64,000 nt of DNA from Paragordius varius (Eukaryota; Animalia; Nematomorpha), in contig OZ176056.1 of NCBI GenBank assembly GCA_964247055.1, forward strand, positions 1,178,001 to 1,242,000. Reading direction: 5' to 3'. The stretch's first letter is position 1, and every line of letters starts with the position of its first letter. The notes under the pieces were generated by a model. That model had not been told where the DNA came from. It ran no database searches and saw only the letters and a list, made by a program, of their open reading frames with translations. The translations under genes and the position numbers were made by a program. Of this stretch, positions 63,871 through 64,000 are shown in pieces.

Positions 63871-64000
63871 ATTATGTGTTTTCGAACTAATATAACTCAT
63901 TATTAATATAAAATATATCTTTATGGCATAATTAATTATTTTTTTCAGTATTATTTTAATTTAAAACAAAATTTTATTTTTAAAAATATATAAAAATATA

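Overview
A very AT-rich eukaryotic (invertebrate-like) window with spliceosomal introns. The taxon cannot be proven from sequence alone; the style suggests an AT-rich worm such as a nematomorph, but this is unverified. The left half (1-30 kb) is a transposon graveyard: three Buster/GTF2IRD2-type hAT elements (two with perfect 8-bp TSDs), an interrupted Tip100-type hAT, a decayed Ty3/Gypsy element, a LINE RT fragment, a CACTAG-ended element and many MITEs. It also holds one GT31 beta-1,3-glycosyltransferase ORF. A roughly 10-kb array of a 168-bp satellite with higher-order structure (33.7-43.8 kb) separates two paralogous genes that the ORF track misses because their exons are tiny. Gene A (30357-32672, 7 exons) encodes a secreted protein of about 128 aa with an FN3-like end. 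Gene B (46155-60588) has a signal-peptide exon followed by about 30 micro-exons, including at least 24 consecutive symmetric phase-1 exons of 6-48 nt, an architecture like schistosome micro-exon genes (MEGs). Gene B is the most interesting object in the window. The window ends in the first coding exons of acetyl-CoA carboxylase, whose first visible intron is only 26 nt. Exon models were read by eye and need RNA confirmation.
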